Shown here piece by piece: positions 63,062 to 64,000 of a DNA stretch of 64,000 nt. Under the pieces are notes generated by a model. The model was not told where the DNA came from and did no database searches. It was given only the letters and a program-made list of their open reading frames with translations. Origin of the DNA: Camelus dromedarius (lineage: Eukaryota); NCBI RefSeq assembly GCF_036321535.1, contig NC_087437.1, positions 116,438,001 through 116,502,000 on the forward strand, read 5' to 3'. Positions within the stretch are counted from its first letter, which is position 1; each line of letters begins with the position of its first letter. The position numbers and the translations under genes are program-made.

Positions 63062-63680
63062 AAAAATTACACTGCAAAATGGGGGGGGGGGGGAGGGAAT
63101 GATTCCAATGAATAAACCAAAAACATTAAGGCACATTTAATAGAAACAAAGTCGTAATGGTGATATTTGTAAACAGTTAACCATCAACACAGAGGAAGGT
63201 GGAAAAGGTGCAAGGTCCTTTATCATGATGGAGAGAAACACAGAAAATAATGCCAAAATTATGGACTGGATAATCAGAATGTACAGAAAATATCAGAGAG
63301 CCAAGAAAGAGAAGAGAGGTCAAGATTCAGTCTCCTCTGGGGACACAGCGCAAATAGAGTGAGTGCCACAGGGAGGAGGGGAGTGAGAAGTGCCCCGCAG
63401 TGGAGAGGAAGCCCCCCAGCGCTGACGCCCCCGCGCCTGCTGGAGAAAGTCTGGAAGGAGCCTGGTATGGAGACGCCAGCAGTAGAACAAGGAAACCCAT
63501 GTGAGTATCCACCCCCATTTTTTTTTTTCTGGTCCACAAATTCCCCAGTCTAGTAGAAGCAAAAGGTTGGAGCAGGAACACGAGTAGAGCTGCCTCCTGG
63601 TTACCGCACATGAGGGGACCTTTCTGTGTTCTAGCACGGTACTTGGTACAAAATCAATTTCCTCCCCTTGAATCTGATTT

Positions 63681-64000
63681 TGAAACAGAGCAGGGTCCCT
63701 CGTACAGATCCTTTCCATGTCCTCCATTTCTTGTTAGTAGGACATAGGCTTCCTTCAGCCTCCTTGACCTTCCCTGAGTTCCAAAGGGCAGCTTCACCAG
63801 GGAAGGAAGGGAACGCAGAGGGAGGAGCAGTCAGGAAACAACAGTGCAGCCTTGGGCAGGGTCCTGGTTCCTCCTCAAGGAACATACCTAACTGTATCTC
63901 TGAGATCTTCTGTGGGAACTAAGGCCCCCACTCATGTGGAGGATGGTAACTTCAGGCTGAGCACAAGGCTCCTGGAGCACAGCCCTGTTATCTCCCCACC
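63681..64000 (+). mobile_element. Probable ERV LTR 5' part, truncated by the window edge
   Basis: Starts TGAAACAGAGCAGGG, and the internal text (ttcagcctccttgaccttccctgagttccaaagggcag) resembles artiodactyl LTRs as I recall them. Confidence 0.6.

Noticed and set aside
700..63922. All ORFs in the supplied track (longest 174 aa at 39022-39546, 168 aa at 26415-26921, 160 aa at 3447-3929)
   Set aside because: They have no recognisable domains, many use non-ATG starts, they overlap on both strands, and several derive from repeats (39022 begins in a MIR). This is the expected background for mammalian intron DNA.

Overview
This window is mammalian intronic/regulatory DNA, most likely from a camelid, judged by vic-1-like tRNA-derived SINEs and artiodactyl-type L1 3' ends. 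I identify the locus from memory as ERG, the ETS transcription factor gene, on the minus strand. The only coding sequence I can support is an 18-nt micro-CDS at 14684-14701 (-): ATG GCC AGC ACG ATT AAG = MASTIK, followed by a GTAAGG splice donor. It is preceded by a 5'UTR closely resembling that of the human ERG isoform starting MASTIKEALSVV. The ORF track misses it, and none of the listed ORFs looks genuine. Bases 1-14683 are the intron downstream of this exon. Bases above ~14.8 kb are the promoter and upstream region, probably intronic to longer ERG transcripts from a more distal promoter outside the window. The rest is retroelement and DNA-transposon debris (L1, L2, MIR, CR1, MLT1, LTR33, MER34-like, MER20, MER33), microsatellites and repeat-poor stretches with ETS/GATA/FOX/RUNX/NF-kB/CTCF motifs. 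I found no evidence for a wholly new biological system. The best leads are a SINE+L1-tail chimera inside one target-site duplication (TSD), a hairpin-masked AATAAA in the ERG 5'UTR, a (GGAA)11 ETS microsatellite upstream of ERG, a fold-back insertion inside an L1, and several candidate haemato-endothelial enhancers. Repeat family names come from recalled consensus sequences, not database searches, and repeat boundaries are approximate.
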